Source: Alphaproteobacteria bacterium (lineage in GTDB: Bacteria; Pseudomonadota; Alphaproteobacteria; JABAAW01). From it: DNA of 55,871 nt. The notes under the pieces were generated by a model that saw only the letters and a list, made by a program, of their open reading frames with translations, had not been told where the DNA came from and did no database searches. Positions 38,003 to 48,203 of the stretch are shown here, piece by piece. The position numbers and the translations under genes were made by a program. The stretch spans positions 1 to 55,871 of the forward strand of contig JABABG010000063.1 in assembly GCA_014238315.1 (NCBI GenBank). Direction: 5' to 3'. Numbering within the stretch: position 1 is the stretch's first letter; each line of letters begins with the position of its first letter.

Positions 38003-40357
38003 ATGCAAGGCAAGGTCTCCATCGATGATACAAGTGCTAGCGATCAGCGCGTATTTGCGGAAACAAAGGTTGGCAATGAGACTAATGGCGAAGAAGAAAT
38101 TCTCGTTGCACGCGTTTTACTACTAGGCGCACCGTTCGACTGTTACTTCGACTACGCTTGCCCGAAAGAACTGTACGATGCGGCAAAGCTCAAAGAAGGA
38201 GACCTGCTACTCGTGCCTTTTGGTAGAAACAAGGCAGAGAAAAAAAAATTGGGTGTTTTATGGTGCTGGAGATCAGCCTCCAGCGTGCCAGCAACCATTA
38301 AGCTTAAGACGCTCACAGACTCCATGCGCCAAGATGTGGTCGCGTTGGATGCATGCTTTCGTGCCTTTTTGCAAGCGCTTGCAGAATACACCATGACGCG
38401 GCGCGGTTTGCTACTACAAAGCGTTTTTGCACCTCTGCTACGCGCAGGCAAGTTGCCCGTTGTAAAGACTGCTCAAGCCTATCGCCAGACTTCGCAAGGC
38501 GCACAACAAAAAACAAAGAAAGCGTCTAAACGTGCACGCTTACTCGCGCTACTGGCAGATAAAAAAATCTGCTCGCGCGAGTATTTATTGCAGCAAGGGA
38601 TAACCCCCGTTGTTTTGCGTGCCGCGTTAAAGCTCGCGCTGGTCGAGCCATGCGCTACAAGCCTTGTGCAACAACAGCAGGCTGGTAGGCGAGAAGAGCA
38701 TTCGAAAACCGCATTGCCAATAGAGCCTCTTGTCATTTTGCCTCGCGCAAAAACCCTCAACGAAGACCAAGAAAAGGCAGCGCAAGGATTGACAGAACTT
38801 GTACGCGCGGAAAAATTTGTAGCAACTCTGCTGGACGGGCAGACTGGCTCTGGCAAGACAGAGGTTTACTTCGAGGCTATTGCAAATTGTCTGCAGCAGG
38901 GCAAACAAGCCCTATTACTATTGCCCGAAATAGCACTGTCCTTACGCTTCACAGAGCGTTTTCGCGAGCGTTTTGGTTTTGCTCCTCTTCTATACCACTC
39001 TGCAATCAGTTCTGGAGAACGGCGTAAGGTCTGGCGGCAGTTGGCAACGGGGCAAGGGCGTGCAGTTTTGGGTGCCCGTAGCGCGCTCTTCTTACCTTTT
39101 CAAAAATTAGGTGTCATAGTCGTCGACGAAGAGCACGATAGTGCATACAAACAAGAAGAGGGGATAGTCTATCACGCGCGTGACATGGCAGTGCTACGCG
39201 CGCAGAAAGCTGAGTGTTTGGTGGTGCTCGCAAGCGCAACCCCATCGCTAGAAAGCTGGAATAACGCGCATAACGGTAAGTATAAGCATATCGTTTTGCC
39301 TCTACGTTTCGGCTCTGCTTCTCTGCCTTCGGTGAGAATCGTCGACATGCTGCAAGAATGCTCGACGGACGGAGGCTTGGACAGCGGGCGGTTCCTAACG
39401 CCAGTGCTATGTACGCGAATCGAGGCTGTGCTCTCGCGCGGCGAGCAAGCTTTGGTTTTTCTAAACCGCCGCGGCTACGCGCCGTTGCTGCTATGCGGAA
39501 AGTGTGGTGAGCGTTTGACTTGTCGCTATTGTCGAGCATTCTTGGTCGAGCATCGTGCGCGCAATCGTGTTATTTGCCACCATTGTGATTTTTCTGTGCC
39601 GATACCTCGCCAATGCGCTACTTGTAGAGCAGAGGGGGCTTGGAAGTCTTGTGGCATAGGCATAGAGCGTCTTGCTGAAGCATTACGAGCTCGTTTTCCT
39701 AGTGCAATCCTGAAGACACTTAGCTCCGACACAACAGACCCGCGTGCGGTAGTGCAGGCGATGGAAAATCGTGCTTGCGACATACTTTTAGGGACACAAA
39801 TGCTCGCGAAAGGATACCATTTTCCGTATTTGACGCTCGTTGCTATCGTCGATGCAGATTTAGGCTTGAGCGGTGGCGATCCGCGTGCTTTCGAACGTTG
39901 CTACCAACTCTTACACCAAGTAGCTGGACGCGCGGGGCGTGCGGAATTAGATGGCGAGGTCATCGTGCAGACCTTGGAGCCGAAATCGCCAGTCCTACGT
40001 GCTTTGGCGAGCTTTGACCGCGATGGCTTCTTCGATAGCGAAAACGAATCTCGACGCAAATACGCTTGGCCTCCGTTCGCACGTCTTGCCGCTGTAATCT
40101 TGAGCGCACAAGACGAGCGCACACTCGCCAGCTTCGCTCATCTGCTACGCAAAGAAATGCCTAAGCAGTGCGGTGTCGAGTGTTTTGGTCCTGCGGTGCC
40201 GTTACTCTCACCGTTACGAGGGCGGCATCGTCGCCGTTTCCTAGTGCGCGCACCGAGCAATGCGCTACTACAACCTTTTCTAAAGCAGTGGTTAACAGCC
40301 CCTGTGCCGAGCGGGTTGCGAGTCAAGGTCGATATCGACCCTTATGGCTTTCTATGA
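38003..40357 (+). CDS. priA: Primosomal protein N' (replication restart helicase PriA)
   Basis: LLDGQTGSGKTEVY, VVDEEHDSAYKQ, the Cys-rich insertion (CGKCGERLTCRYC..CHHCD..CATC) and HQVAGRAGR. I place the start at ATG 38003; the upstream part of the track ORF is antisense to tal. Confidence 0.85.
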   Translation: MQGKVSIDDTSASDQRVFAETKVGNETNGEEEILVARVLLLGAPFDCYFDYACPKELYDAAKLKEGDLLLVPFGRNKAEKKKLGVLWCWRSASSVPATIKLKTLTDSMRQDVVALDACFRAFLQALAEYTMTRRGLLLQSVFAPLLRAGKLPVVKTAQAYRQTSQGAQQKTKKASKRARLLALLADKKICSREYLLQQGITPVVLRAALKLALVEPCATSLVQQQQAGRREEHSKTALPIEPLVILPRAKTLNEDQEKAAQGLTELVRAEKFVATLLDGQTGSGKTEVYFEAIANCLQQGKQALLLLPEIALSLRFTERFRERFGFAPLLYHSAISSGERRKVWRQLATGQGRAVLGARSALFLPFQKLGVIVVDEEHDSAYKQEEGIVYHARDMAVLRAQKAECLVVLASATPSLESWNNAHNGKYKHIVLPLRFGSASLPSVRIVDMLQECSTDGGLDSGRFLTPVLCTRIEAVLSRGEQALVFLNRRGYAPLLLCGKCGERLTCRYCRAFLVEHRARNRVICHHCDFSVPIPRQCATCRAEGAWKSCGIGIERLAEALRARFPSAILKTLSSDTTDPRAVVQAMENRACDILLGTQMLAKGYHFPYLTLVAIVDADLGLSGGDPRAFERCYQLLHQVAGRAGRAELDGEVIVQTLEPKSPVLRALASFDRDGFFDSENESRRKYAWPPFARLAAVILSAQDERTLASFAHLLRKEMPKQCGVECFGPAVPLLSPLRGRHRRRFLVRAPSNALLQPFLKQWLTAPVPSGLRVKVDIDPYGFL

Positions 40358-40381
40358 CCGAGCGGCTGGCTAATCGAGCGC

Positions 40382-40405
40382 GGTAGCACTCACATCTGTG
40401 CTACC
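40382..40405 (+). terminator. 8-bp stem hairpin downstream of priA (weak terminator candidate)
   Basis: GGTAGCAC-tcacatct-GTGCTACC lies 25 nt after the priA stop. No clean U-tract follows (AAACTTGGCGATTTAT). Confidence 0.25.
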
Positions 40406-40542
40406 AAACTTGGCGATTTATCGCAACAGTGCTCTTGTCTGTGTCTTATTTTGCTTGCCAAGCAAGCCTACGACCTACCCGCTAGCACTCTTGTCGTCAC
40501 CCATCATTGTGGACATCCCTTGTCGGTATTCCTTGCAACGCG

Positions 40543-40616
40543 TGGGCGATGACAGGCTCGAACTGCCGACCCTCTCGGTGTAAACGAGATGCTCTACCAG
40601 ACTGAGCTAATCGCCC
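40543..40616 (-). tRNA. tRNA-Val (anticodon UAC)
   Basis: Hand-folded cloverleaf: GGGCGAT/TA/GCTC-AGTCTGGTA-GAGC/A/TCTCG-TTTACAC-CGAGA/GGGTC/GGCAG-TTCGAGC-CTGTC/ATCGCCC/A. It is 74 nt and the CCA is not encoded. Confidence 0.9.
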
Positions 40617-40647
40617 TATCTACATGCACTAGTTGCGCAAAAGCTCA

Positions 40648-40920
40648 TCAATTAACCGCGTCTTTCAGAGCTTTGCCAGCTTTGAACTTGGGCTGGTTGC
40701 TCGCAGCTATTTGGATAGTTTCCCCTGAACGCGGATTGCGACCGCTACGCGCCGCACGGCGCGAGACAGAGAATGACCCAAAGCCTGCAATCTTTACTTC
40801 TTTACCGCTTTTTAAAGCTTTCGTTATGCTAGAGAAAACAGTATCGACTGCTGTAGTCGAATCTGATTTCTTTAAGTTTGTTGCTGATACGATTTCATCA
40901 ACAAGTTCGCTTTTGTTCAC
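40648..40920 (-). CDS. hupB: DNA-binding protein HU
   Basis: The GTG start gives (M)NKSELVDEIVSATNLKKSDSTTAVDTVF..GFGSFSVSRRAARSGRNPRSGETIQIAASNQPKFKAGKALKDAVN. This is 90 aa, the canonical HU length. Confidence 0.9.
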   Translation of the reverse strand: MNKSELVDEIVSATNLKKSDSTTAVDTVFSSITKALKSGKEVKIAGFGSFSVSRRAARSGRNPRSGETIQIAASNQPKFKAGKALKDAVN

Positions 40921-41158
40921 TATTCTGATCCTTGTCCTATGTTGCTGATAGCCGTTAAAACTTTCGTTGTATTCTAGCAATAGGAGAAATCAAAGTTGGA
41001 CAAATCTTATCCCTAAGAAGTTCTTCTATCGCTAATTCACCCTCCCGTTTCCCCCTCCTCCATCACGCTACACTAGCAGAATTTCAACACAAGTAAGGAA
41101 TTTTTAACGAAAAAAATATTTATAAACTAAATAAAAAGGAATTTGCAATTTTAGCGTA

Positions 41159-43807
41159 TTAGTGGGGAATACGCTCCTCTAATGGGTCTTTCTTTGCCGT
41201 GGAAGCGGTATCCTTAAGTGGCAGATTGGACTCTACAGCCTGTGGCTTGTCCGCGCTTCTTAGCTTTTGCTGCAACGAAATGGGCTGCGGCAATGGAGTA
41301 AGTTTATGTTTCAGTGCCAACTTTAAAACCTGATCGACCGAATCTACCGCAACAATCTTCAACCCTTTTTTGACATTGTTCGGAATTTCCTCCAGATCTT
41401 TTTCGTTGTCAGCAGGGATGATGACAGTTTTGATGTTGCCTCGTAAAGCGGCAAGCATTTTTTCTTTCAAACCGCCGATCGGCAAGACCCTTCCACGCAA
41501 GGTAATCTCGCCGGTCATCGCAACAGTGCGGTCAACGGGAATGCCGGTTAGCACAGAAACTAGAGCCGTAGCGATAGCTATGCCAGCAGAAGGACCATCT
41601 TTAGGGGTTGCTCCCTCAGGGACATGCACATGCAGGTCGATCTTTTCAAAAACATCAGGCGTGATGCCGAAATTCCAAGAGCGGCTTTTTATAAAGTTTT
41701 CCGCAGCGTGAATCGATTCCTGCATAGTATCGCCTAACTTGCCAGTTCTGCGGATGCGACCCTTGCCGGGAACGGTAACCGCCTCGATCGTAAGGAGTTC
41801 TCCGCCAACCTCAGTCCAAGCCAAACCGGTGGCGATTCCTGTCAAGTCTTTGCTTTCAGCTTCGCCGAAGCGATACTTTCTGACGCCAAGAAAATCTTGC
41901 AGATTCTTCGAATCGATGGTGATAGGCGGCGTCTCCTTCATTGTAATTCTGCGAATCGATTTGCGCGTTATGCGAGCAATCGAGCGTTCCAAATTCCGCG
42001 CACCAGCTTCACGCGTGTAGTAACGAACGGTGTCGCGTAAGGCACTATCCTGCAAATCAATTTCTCCTTCCCTAACTCCACATTGTTCGAAAGTTTTAGG
42101 TAACAGATGACGCTTGGCTATCTCGATTTTTTCGTCTTCGGTATAGCCAGGCAGACGCACTACCTCCATACGGTCGATCAAGGCTTGTGGCATATTAAGA
42201 GAATTTGCCGTTGTGATGAACATGCACTCCGATAGGTCGTAGTCGACCTCTAGGTAGTGATCATTGAAGCAGTTATTTTGCTCAGGGTCTAGCACTTCGA
42301 GCAACGCAGAGGTAGGGTCGCCACGCCAATCGTTACCTATTTTGTCGATCTCATCGAGAAGAAAGAACGGATCGCTCACCTTAGCTTTTTTCATGCCCTG
42401 CAGAATTTTGCCCGGCATCGCGCCAACATAGGTGCGCCGATGCCCTCTGATTTCCGCCTCGTCCCTTATGCCACCGAGAGAAATGCGCACGAAAACGCGC
42501 CCTATCGCGCGCGCAACCGACTTGCCGAGAGAAGTTTTGCCAACTCCGGGCGGACCTACTAAACAGAGGATAGGACCCTTGAATATTTTCACACGGCTCT
42601 GTACCGCAAGGTAGTCGAGGATACGCTCCTTAACCTCGTCGAGCCCGTAGTGATCTTCGTTAAGGATTGCTTTACAAGCCTCCATATCGCTGTTGATCTT
42701 AGAACGTTTTTGCCAAGGCAAGGAAACTAGCCAATCTAAATAGTTTCGCACAACCGTAGCCTCAGCCGATAACGGACTCATCTGCTTTAGTTTCTTCAGC
42801 TCCGACTTAGCTTTCTCACGCGCCTCCTTACTCATGCGCAACGAGCTTATTTTCTGTTCAAGTTCCGATATTTCATCGCCACCCTTGTCGCCCTCGCCAA
42901 GCTCCTTCTGGATCGCCTTGATTTGCTCGTTCAAGTAATATTCGCGCTGGCTTTTTTCAACTTGCTTTTTGACGCGAGAGCGAATTTTGCGCTCAACCCG
43001 AAGCATGCCAATCTCGTCTTCGAGAATCTCCAAAACGCTTTCGAAACGCTCTGAAAGCGAGGGAGTCGCTAGTAGCTTTTGTTTTTTGTCCAACTGCACA
43101 TAAAGGTGTTGCGCGATTAAATCTATCGCCTGACCATGATCTGTCGTCACCGTAAGCGTGCGCATGATGTCATCGGGAATACGACGGTTGGTTTGACAAT
43201 ACTTCTCGAATTGATTCATCGTCGCGCGCCGTAGGCTCGCTAAAGTTTTGTCGTCCCTATCGGTGTCTTCGATTTCCTCGTATGGAACTTGCAAGAAATC
43301 TTCATCGTCTGGAGGTAAATGCAGTTGCGCACGATTCTTACCTTCTACCAGCACCTTAACAGTGCCATCAGGCAGGTGGAGCATCTGTAGCACTGTGCTG
43401 AGCACTCCAACTTCGTAGAGGTCTTTCGGTTGCGGCTGGTCGAGAGATGCGTCCTTTTGTGTCGCTAGAAGGATGCGACCGTCTTGCTTGCGAGCCCGTT
43501 CGAGCGCACGCACCGAGCGTTCGCGACCGACAGACAAAGGCACGACCATGCGCGGAAAGACGACTATATCGCGTAAAGGCAACAGCGCACAGAAAGGCAA
43601 CGCAACCTTGTCGGAGGGTTTTGACGAAGATTTCGCGGGAGATTTCTTCGAGAGTTTGTCAGAAGTTTTCTTCGTAGCGGAAAGCTCTTTTGCTGTATCA
43701 GGAGTTGCACTAGCCTCGCCGACGCTTGTATTAGCATCGACCACTTCGCTAACCTCGCAACTAGTAGCCTTTGGCAATGCGCTGGTATTTTTAGGGCGTT
43801 TGAACAT
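41159..43807 (-). CDS. lon: ATP-dependent protease Lon, with an extra ~60-aa Ser/Lys-rich N-terminal extension
   Basis: LPLRDIVVFPRMVVPLSVGRERS, Walker A GPPGVGKTS, Walker B FLLDEIDK and the protease site PKDGPSAGIA. Confidence 0.95.
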   Translation of the reverse strand: MFKRPKNTSALPKATSCEVSEVVDANTSVGEASATPDTAKELSATKKTSDKLSKKSPAKSSSKPSDKVALPFCALLPLRDIVVFPRMVVPLSVGRERSVRALERARKQDGRILLATQKDASLDQPQPKDLYEVGVLSTVLQMLHLPDGTVKVLVEGKNRAQLHLPPDDEDFLQVPYEEIEDTDRDDKTLASLRRATMNQFEKYCQTNRRIPDDIMRTLTVTTDHGQAIDLIAQHLYVQLDKKQKLLATPSLSERFESVLEILEDEIGMLRVERKIRSRVKKQVEKSQREYYLNEQIKAIQKELGEGDKGGDEISELEQKISSLRMSKEAREKAKSELKKLKQMSPLSAEATVVRNYLDWLVSLPWQKRSKINSDMEACKAILNEDHYGLDEVKERILDYLAVQSRVKIFKGPILCLVGPPGVGKTSLGKSVARAIGRVFVRISLGGIRDEAEIRGHRRTYVGAMPGKILQGMKKAKVSDPFFLLDEIDKIGNDWRGDPTSALLEVLDPEQNNCFNDHYLEVDYDLSECMFITTANSLNMPQALIDRMEVVRLPGYTEDEKIEIAKRHLLPKTFEQCGVREGEIDLQDSALRDTVRYYTREAGARNLERSIARITRKSIRRITMKETPPITIDSKNLQDFLGVRKYRFGEAESKDLTGIATGLAWTEVGGELLTIEAVTVPGKGRIRRTGKLGDTMQESIHAAENFIKSRSWNFGITPDVFEKIDLHVHVPEGATPKDGPSAGIAIATALVSVLTGIPVDRTVAMTGEITLRGRVLPIGGLKEKMLAALRGNIKTVIIPADNEKDLEEIPNNVKKGLKIVAVDSVDQVLKLALKHKLTPLPQPISLQQKLRSADKPQAVESNLPLKDTASTAKKDPLEERIPH

Positions 43808-43877
43808 AATTGAGAGGTTATACCTTTTCTATTTGCCTGTCTCTATTCTTGTGCAAAGTATTGCTGGGTAATTTATT

Positions 43878-45170
43878 CTAAGCACTAGCAGCGGAGGGCT
43901 TGTTCTCTCGCCGTGATTTCGACAAAATTTTCAAGGGTGCGCTCTTATCTTCAATGGTCGCTCGCTTGATTACCACTTCTTCAATATCTTTGCGGTCTGG
44001 CACCTCATACATGGAATCTAGCAAAACTTCTTCTAAAATGGCACGCAACCCACGCGCGCCAGTTTTGCGCTCGCTCGCCTTTTCTGCAATAGCCTCAAGC
44101 GCGTTAGTGGCAAAGGTTAGACGTACATCCTCAAGTGAAAATAAGCGTTGATATTGTTTGATTAAGGCGTTCTTGGGCTCGGTCAAAATGCGCACCAGAT
44201 CATCCTTTCGAAGGCTGTCTAGCACCGCGACAACCGGCAAGCGTCCAACGAACTCAGGAATTAATCCATACTTGATCAAGTCCTCTGGCTCTAGATTTTG
44301 CAAAATTTTGGAGTTTTCGTGAGTCTCGTGCTGACGCAACTCAGACTCGAAACCAATAGTCGTGCCTTTGCCGCGCGCAGCGATGATCGATTCTAGTCCT
44401 GCGAAGGCTCCGCCACAGATAAAAAGGATATTTGTAGTATCGACCTGTAGAAACTCTTGTTGCGGATGCTTGCGTCCGCCTTGCGGTGGCACGCTCGCGA
44501 CAGTTCCCTCCATTATCTTCAGCAAAGCCTGCTGTACACCCTCACCAGAGACATCGCGTGTAATCGAAGGGTTTTCCGACTTGCGACTAATTTTATCAAC
44601 CTCGTCTATATAGACGATACCGCGTTGGGTGCGCTCGACATCGTAGTCGGCAGTTTGTAGCAACTTGAGGATGATGTTTTCAACATCCTCGCCAACATAG
44701 CCCGCCTCGGTGAGCGTGGTCGCGTCAGCCATCGTGAAAGGAACTTGTAGTGTACGAGCTAAAGTTTGCGCAAAGAGAGTTTTGCCGCTTCCTGTTGGAC
44801 CAACTAGTAAAATGTTCGACTTCGCCAACTCTACATCGTGATCGCTAGAGCGTTCCTCTTCCTCTATGCGCTTGTAGTGGTTGTGAACTGAAACGGACAA
44901 AACTCGTTTCGCATGCGCTTGCCCGATGATATATTCCTCTAGATTTTTGTTGATCTTCGCGGGGCTCGGAACGCGGCTATCCGTGCGCAGAGAGGCGTTC
45001 TTATGGTCTTCTTGGATGATATCCGTGCATAACTCTACGCACTCGTCGCAGATAAAAACATCAGGACCAGCTATAAGCTTCTTAATCTCGTTCTGATTCT
45101 TGCCGCAAAAAGAGCAGCAAAGGGTCTTTTTGTCAGGCGAGATATTTTCAGTATCGCGGCGGCGGGGCAT
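43878..45170 (-). CDS. clpX: ATP-dependent Clp protease ATP-binding subunit ClpX
   Basis: Zinc-binding N-terminus CSFCGK..FICDECV, Walker [18 protein letters not shown] and the pore loop GYVGEDV. Confidence 0.95.
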   Translation of the reverse strand: MPRRRDTENISPDKKTLCCSFCGKNQNEIKKLIAGPDVFICDECVELCTDIIQEDHKNASLRTDSRVPSPAKINKNLEEYIIGQAHAKRVLSVSVHNHYKRIEEEERSSDHDVELAKSNILLVGPTGSGKTLFAQTLARTLQVPFTMADATTLTEAGYVGEDVENIILKLLQTADYDVERTQRGIVYIDEVDKISRKSENPSITRDVSGEGVQQALLKIMEGTVASVPPQGGRKHPQQEFLQVDTTNILFICGGAFAGLESIIAARGKGTTIGFESELRQHETHENSKILQNLEPEDLIKYGLIPEFVGRLPVVAVLDSLRKDDLVRILTEPKNALIKQYQRLFSLEDVRLTFATNALEAIAEKASERKTGARGLRAILEEVLLDSMYEVPDRKDIEEVVIKRATIEDKSAPLKILSKSRRENKPSAASA

Positions 45171-45195
45171 AATTTCGCAGGGTTGTCAGAGGAAT

Positions 45196-45909
45196 TTAAG
45201 ATTTTTTGCTAGTAGCAATTTTACTAGCATCCTTGCGCTTAACGAGAACCTCGTCGATCAAGCCGAACTTCTTCGCCTCATCGCCGCTCATAAAGTTGTC
45301 TCGGTCCATAGCTTTTTCGATTGCTAAAATTTTTTGTCCGGTATGTTTGGCGTAAATCTCGTTGATGCGTTGTCTAACTCGGAGCATCTCTTTCGCCTGG
45401 ATATTGATATCCGCAACAGTACCGCGTGTGCCTCCAGAAGGTTGGTGAACCATAATCCTGCTAGAAGGTAACGCAAAACGCTTACCCTTATGACCAGCGG
45501 CTAAAAGTAAAGAGCCCATCGATGCAGCTTGTCCTAAACATAAAGTGGTTATCTCTGGGCGAATATAGTTCATCGTGTCGTAAATCGACAAGCCCGCAGT
45601 AACCTCGCCACCAGGAGAGTTGATGTAAAAAGAGATATCGCGTTTAGGGTTTTCAGCCTCCAGAAACAAAAGCTGTGCGCAGACTAAACTCGCGACCTCG
45701 TCATTCACTGGACCAGTCAAGAAGACGATCCGCTCTTTCAAAAGTCGTGAGTAAATATCAAACGCACGCTCCCCCCGCGCCGTCTGCTCGACAACCATCG
45801 GTACGAGCGTAGCCGAAACGCCGCTGTAGCTGTCTGCTAGCATGAGCTGCTGGGGGTCCCGCGCTTTTGGATATTGCGTTTGGAAGGCTCGCGTCTGAGG
45901 GTCTTGCAT
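45196..45909 (-). CDS. clpP: ATP-dependent Clp protease proteolytic subunit
   Basis: [27 protein letters not shown] (active-site Ser) and MVHQPSGG (His). An alternative internal start is possible. Confidence 0.95.
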   Translation of the reverse strand: MQDPQTRAFQTQYPKARDPQQLMLADSYSGVSATLVPMVVEQTARGERAFDIYSRLLKERIVFLTGPVNDEVASLVCAQLLFLEAENPKRDISFYINSPGGEVTAGLSIYDTMNYIRPEITTLCLGQAASMGSLLLAAGHKGKRFALPSSRIMVHQPSGGTRGTVADINIQAKEMLRVRQRINEIYAKHTGQKILAIEKAMDRDNFMSGDEAKKFGLIDEVLVKRKDASKIATSKKS

Positions 45910-45942
45910 AAGCGTTGCATAGTAATCTTATATTCCTCGGCG

Positions 45943-47388
45943 TTATTTTTTCTTATTTTTTTTGCCAGCACCACTAGCATTCTCGATTACTTGCGAGGTA
46001 GCTAGCGCATCTTCCCCATCTAACGATTCGCCAATCTTCAACTGCGTGTCTTTGCTCAGTTCTTGCGCTCGCTCGAGCATATCTTCTAGGCTAATTTTCT
46101 CGTTTTCTAGCGAAACTTTGCTGAGAATATATTCGACTACATTTTCCTCAAGCACTTGCGGTCTGACCTCCGCCAAGACATTTTGCGGATTTTTTTCGAT
46201 TTTGTTCAGTAATTGGCGTTGTTGCGCATTCGGATTTTTACCAATACGAGCTTTAATCGAGTTTAGTATCTCTCCATCGTTTACCGCGATACCATTTTGC
46301 TTGGCTATCTCTGCCAACAATAATCCAGTCTTCAAGCGGCGCTCGGCTATCACTCTATATTGGTCGCGCAGATTTTTTTCGGCGTTTGGGAATTTGTCTT
46401 GCTCGACTTTTCGCTTCGTCATCTCGTTCTCAACGCGGCGCCAGATATCGGCAAACTCGGCTTCGATCAGACGTTGCGGTAAGGGGAACGAGTATTCCTT
46501 GTCGAACCAGTCGAAGATTTGTCTTTTAATTATTTGCCTTATGGTTGGCTGCAAGTTGCTTTCGAGTTGACTGGCAACTACGCGCTTGAGCGTTTCTAGG
46601 TCTTTATGCTTGAGCCTTTTGGCGAGCTCTTCGTTAACCTTGAAGTCTTCGGTTTTTCGAGTAAGCACCTTATCCACCTCGACTGAGAAAGCGACAGTCT
46701 TGCCGGCGACATTCTTTGCTGTGTGCGTGTTGGGAAAATCCACTGAGAACTCTTTCTTGTCGCCTGCTGCGAGGTTTTCGAGGTTCTTCTCAAAGTCTGG
46801 ATGCACAACGTTATCACCTAGCCCTATACGATAGTTTTGCGATTTTAACGAGGGGTTTTCTTCCTCTGCTATTTTCCCTTCGTAGTTCATTACAAGCACA
46901 TCATTTTTTTGGCTTTTGCGTTGCACTTCCTCTACCGGAGCTGTGCGCCGTGCGATCGATACTAAGTTGTCTTCGATAGTTTTAGCGGGTATCTCAACTT
47001 GCGGGCGTTTTATTTTCATCGCAGAGAAGTCCTTTATTTCGACCTCTGGTGCAGTGTCGATATCGACCTCGAAGGCGATGCCATTACCATCATTTTTAGT
47101 GACATTTACGCGCGGCGAGCCGATAGGGCGAAGGCTTTTATCTTGTTCAAGGATTTGTTTCACCGCCTGTTGTGCTATTCTTGCAAGCATTTCGCGTTTG
47201 ATCTGATCACCGTGTTTTTCGCGTATCACTTTTGCAGGCACATTGCCATCGCGAAAACCAGCCATTTTGATTTTAGGTGCTACCTCTAAGAGGCGAGCTT
47301 CAAAATCTTTATCGAACTCTGCTTGCGGCAGAGCTACGGCGTATTTATGCGCGAATTTTTCTTCTATCTTAACTTTCTCTATATCCAT
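45943..47388 (-). CDS. tig: Trigger factor
   Basis: The ribosome-binding N-domain motif GFRDGNVP (GFRxGxxP) is present, with an FKBP-like middle region. It lies upstream of clpP-clpX-lon. Confidence 0.9.
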   Translation of the reverse strand: MDIEKVKIEEKFAHKYAVALPQAEFDKDFEARLLEVAPKIKMAGFRDGNVPAKVIREKHGDQIKREMLARIAQQAVKQILEQDKSLRPIGSPRVNVTKNDGNGIAFEVDIDTAPEVEIKDFSAMKIKRPQVEIPAKTIEDNLVSIARRTAPVEEVQRKSQKNDVLVMNYEGKIAEEENPSLKSQNYRIGLGDNVVHPDFEKNLENLAAGDKKEFSVDFPNTHTAKNVAGKTVAFSVEVDKVLTRKTEDFKVNEELAKRLKHKDLETLKRVVASQLESNLQPTIRQIIKRQIFDWFDKEYSFPLPQRLIEAEFADIWRRVENEMTKRKVEQDKFPNAEKNLRDQYRVIAERRLKTGLLLAEIAKQNGIAVNDGEILNSIKARIGKNPNAQQRQLLNKIEKNPQNVLAEVRPQVLEENVVEYILSKVSLENEKISLEDMLERAQELSKDTQLKIGESLDGEDALATSQVIENASGAGKKNKKK

Positions 47389-47462
47389 CTTTCTTCTCCA
47401 AAATAGTCATGGTTTGTTTCAGTGCGTCAAAGGATTGAAAACCCATTGGGCACGAAAAAGAA

Positions 47463-47544
47463 TGCGGGCGGAGGGACTCGAACCCACACGAGTTTCCTCA
47501 CCGGCACCTAAAGCCGGCGCGTCTGCCAATTTCGCCACGCCCGC
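47463..47544 (-). tRNA. tRNA-Leu (anticodon UAG), class II with a long variable arm
   Basis: Hand-folded: GCGGGCG/TG/GCG-AAATTGGCAGA-CGC/G/CCGGC-TTTAGGT-GCCGG/TGAGGAAACTCGT/GTGGG-TTCGAGT-CCCTC/CGCCCGC/A. There is one U-U mismatch in the T stem. Confidence 0.85.
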
Positions 47545-47630
47545 GGTGAATTCGCGGAGAGTTCTAATCTCTTGCCTTTTATATTGTGTTTTACTAGCAT
47601 TAATTTCAAGCATCTCACATTTTTGTGACT

Positions 47631-47969
47631 TCACTTTGTTATATCGTAAAGCTCTGAGAATTGCTCTATTGATAGTATTTTTGGTCCTTCGTGGTCTTCG
47701 ATCGGGCTGTAGGGATGGCGGAAGCGCACCTCAAAGCGCACATGCGTGATGCCGCTGTTATCGTGAAAGCCGAGAATCTTCGCTGTTTCTACCGTCGAGT
47801 CTCTGCGGATACGGCGAAATGTGCCGCCGGCTCGCAAGTAATAGGGTTCGACCGATGCTTTGGTCTTCTCGTCGGGCTGAAATAGAGTTTGGCTACGGCT
47901 GGCTGAAACTTTATTCGAGAGCCACTCTTTCAGAACTTTCGTGTGTTTTTTCAAGGGTAGGGGAGACAT
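47631..47969 (-). CDS. Hypothetical protein (112 aa)
   Basis: An uninterrupted ORF of host-like composition between fdxA (divergent) and tRNA-Leu. I recognise no motif. Confidence 0.45.
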   Translation of the reverse strand: MSPLPLKKHTKVLKEWLSNKVSASRSQTLFQPDEKTKASVEPYYLRAGGTFRRIRRDSTVETAKILGFHDNSGITHVRFEVRFRHPYSPIEDHEGPKILSIEQFSELYDITK

Positions 47970-48203
47970 AGGCTGGGGAGGGGGTTTTGAAATAAGGGTA
48001 TGTATAAGAGAGGCGAGAGCGATTATGTTGTGTTCTCTGTTTCTCTAATTCCTTTAATCAAAAAAAGTGCCAATTCTGCCAAAAGTTTGGTAAAAGATTC
48101 ACAAAAGCTCGATTTTAGCCATAAAGTTGTAGCTAGCCATTTTGAATTTTGTTGGTAAGTTTTGCTCGTTAGAGATAAGTACTAGAATTTTAAGGATTGT
48201 TCT

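Noticed and set aside
37790-38008. Long N-terminal extensions suggested by the ORF track: priA from 37790, tal to 38008, hupB to 40980, dapE to 23142, dapD to 24031 and ccmC to 19912.
   Set aside because: These extensions overlap neighbouring genes or add non-conserved leaders. Internal ATG or GTG codons restore canonical N-termini (MKFF-like for tal, MNKSELV-like for HU, the ATGCTTGA overlap for dapE).
40382-40405. A CIRCE-like inverted repeat (GGTAGCAC-N8-GTGCTACC), recalling the HrcA operator TTAGCACTC-N9-GAGTGCTAA.
   Set aside because: Only the TAGCAC/GTGCTA core matches and the spacer is 8 nt rather than 9. The site lies downstream of priA, not upstream of a chaperone gene. It is more simply a weak terminator hairpin.
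47463-47544. tRNA-Leu (and tRNA-Val at 40543-40616) as integration sites for a genomic island.
   Set aside because: There is no integrase, no direct repeat of a tRNA 3' end, and the genes flanking both tRNAs are the conserved tig-clpP-clpX-lon-hupB block. The AT-rich cassette is separated from tRNA-Leu by two host-like genes.
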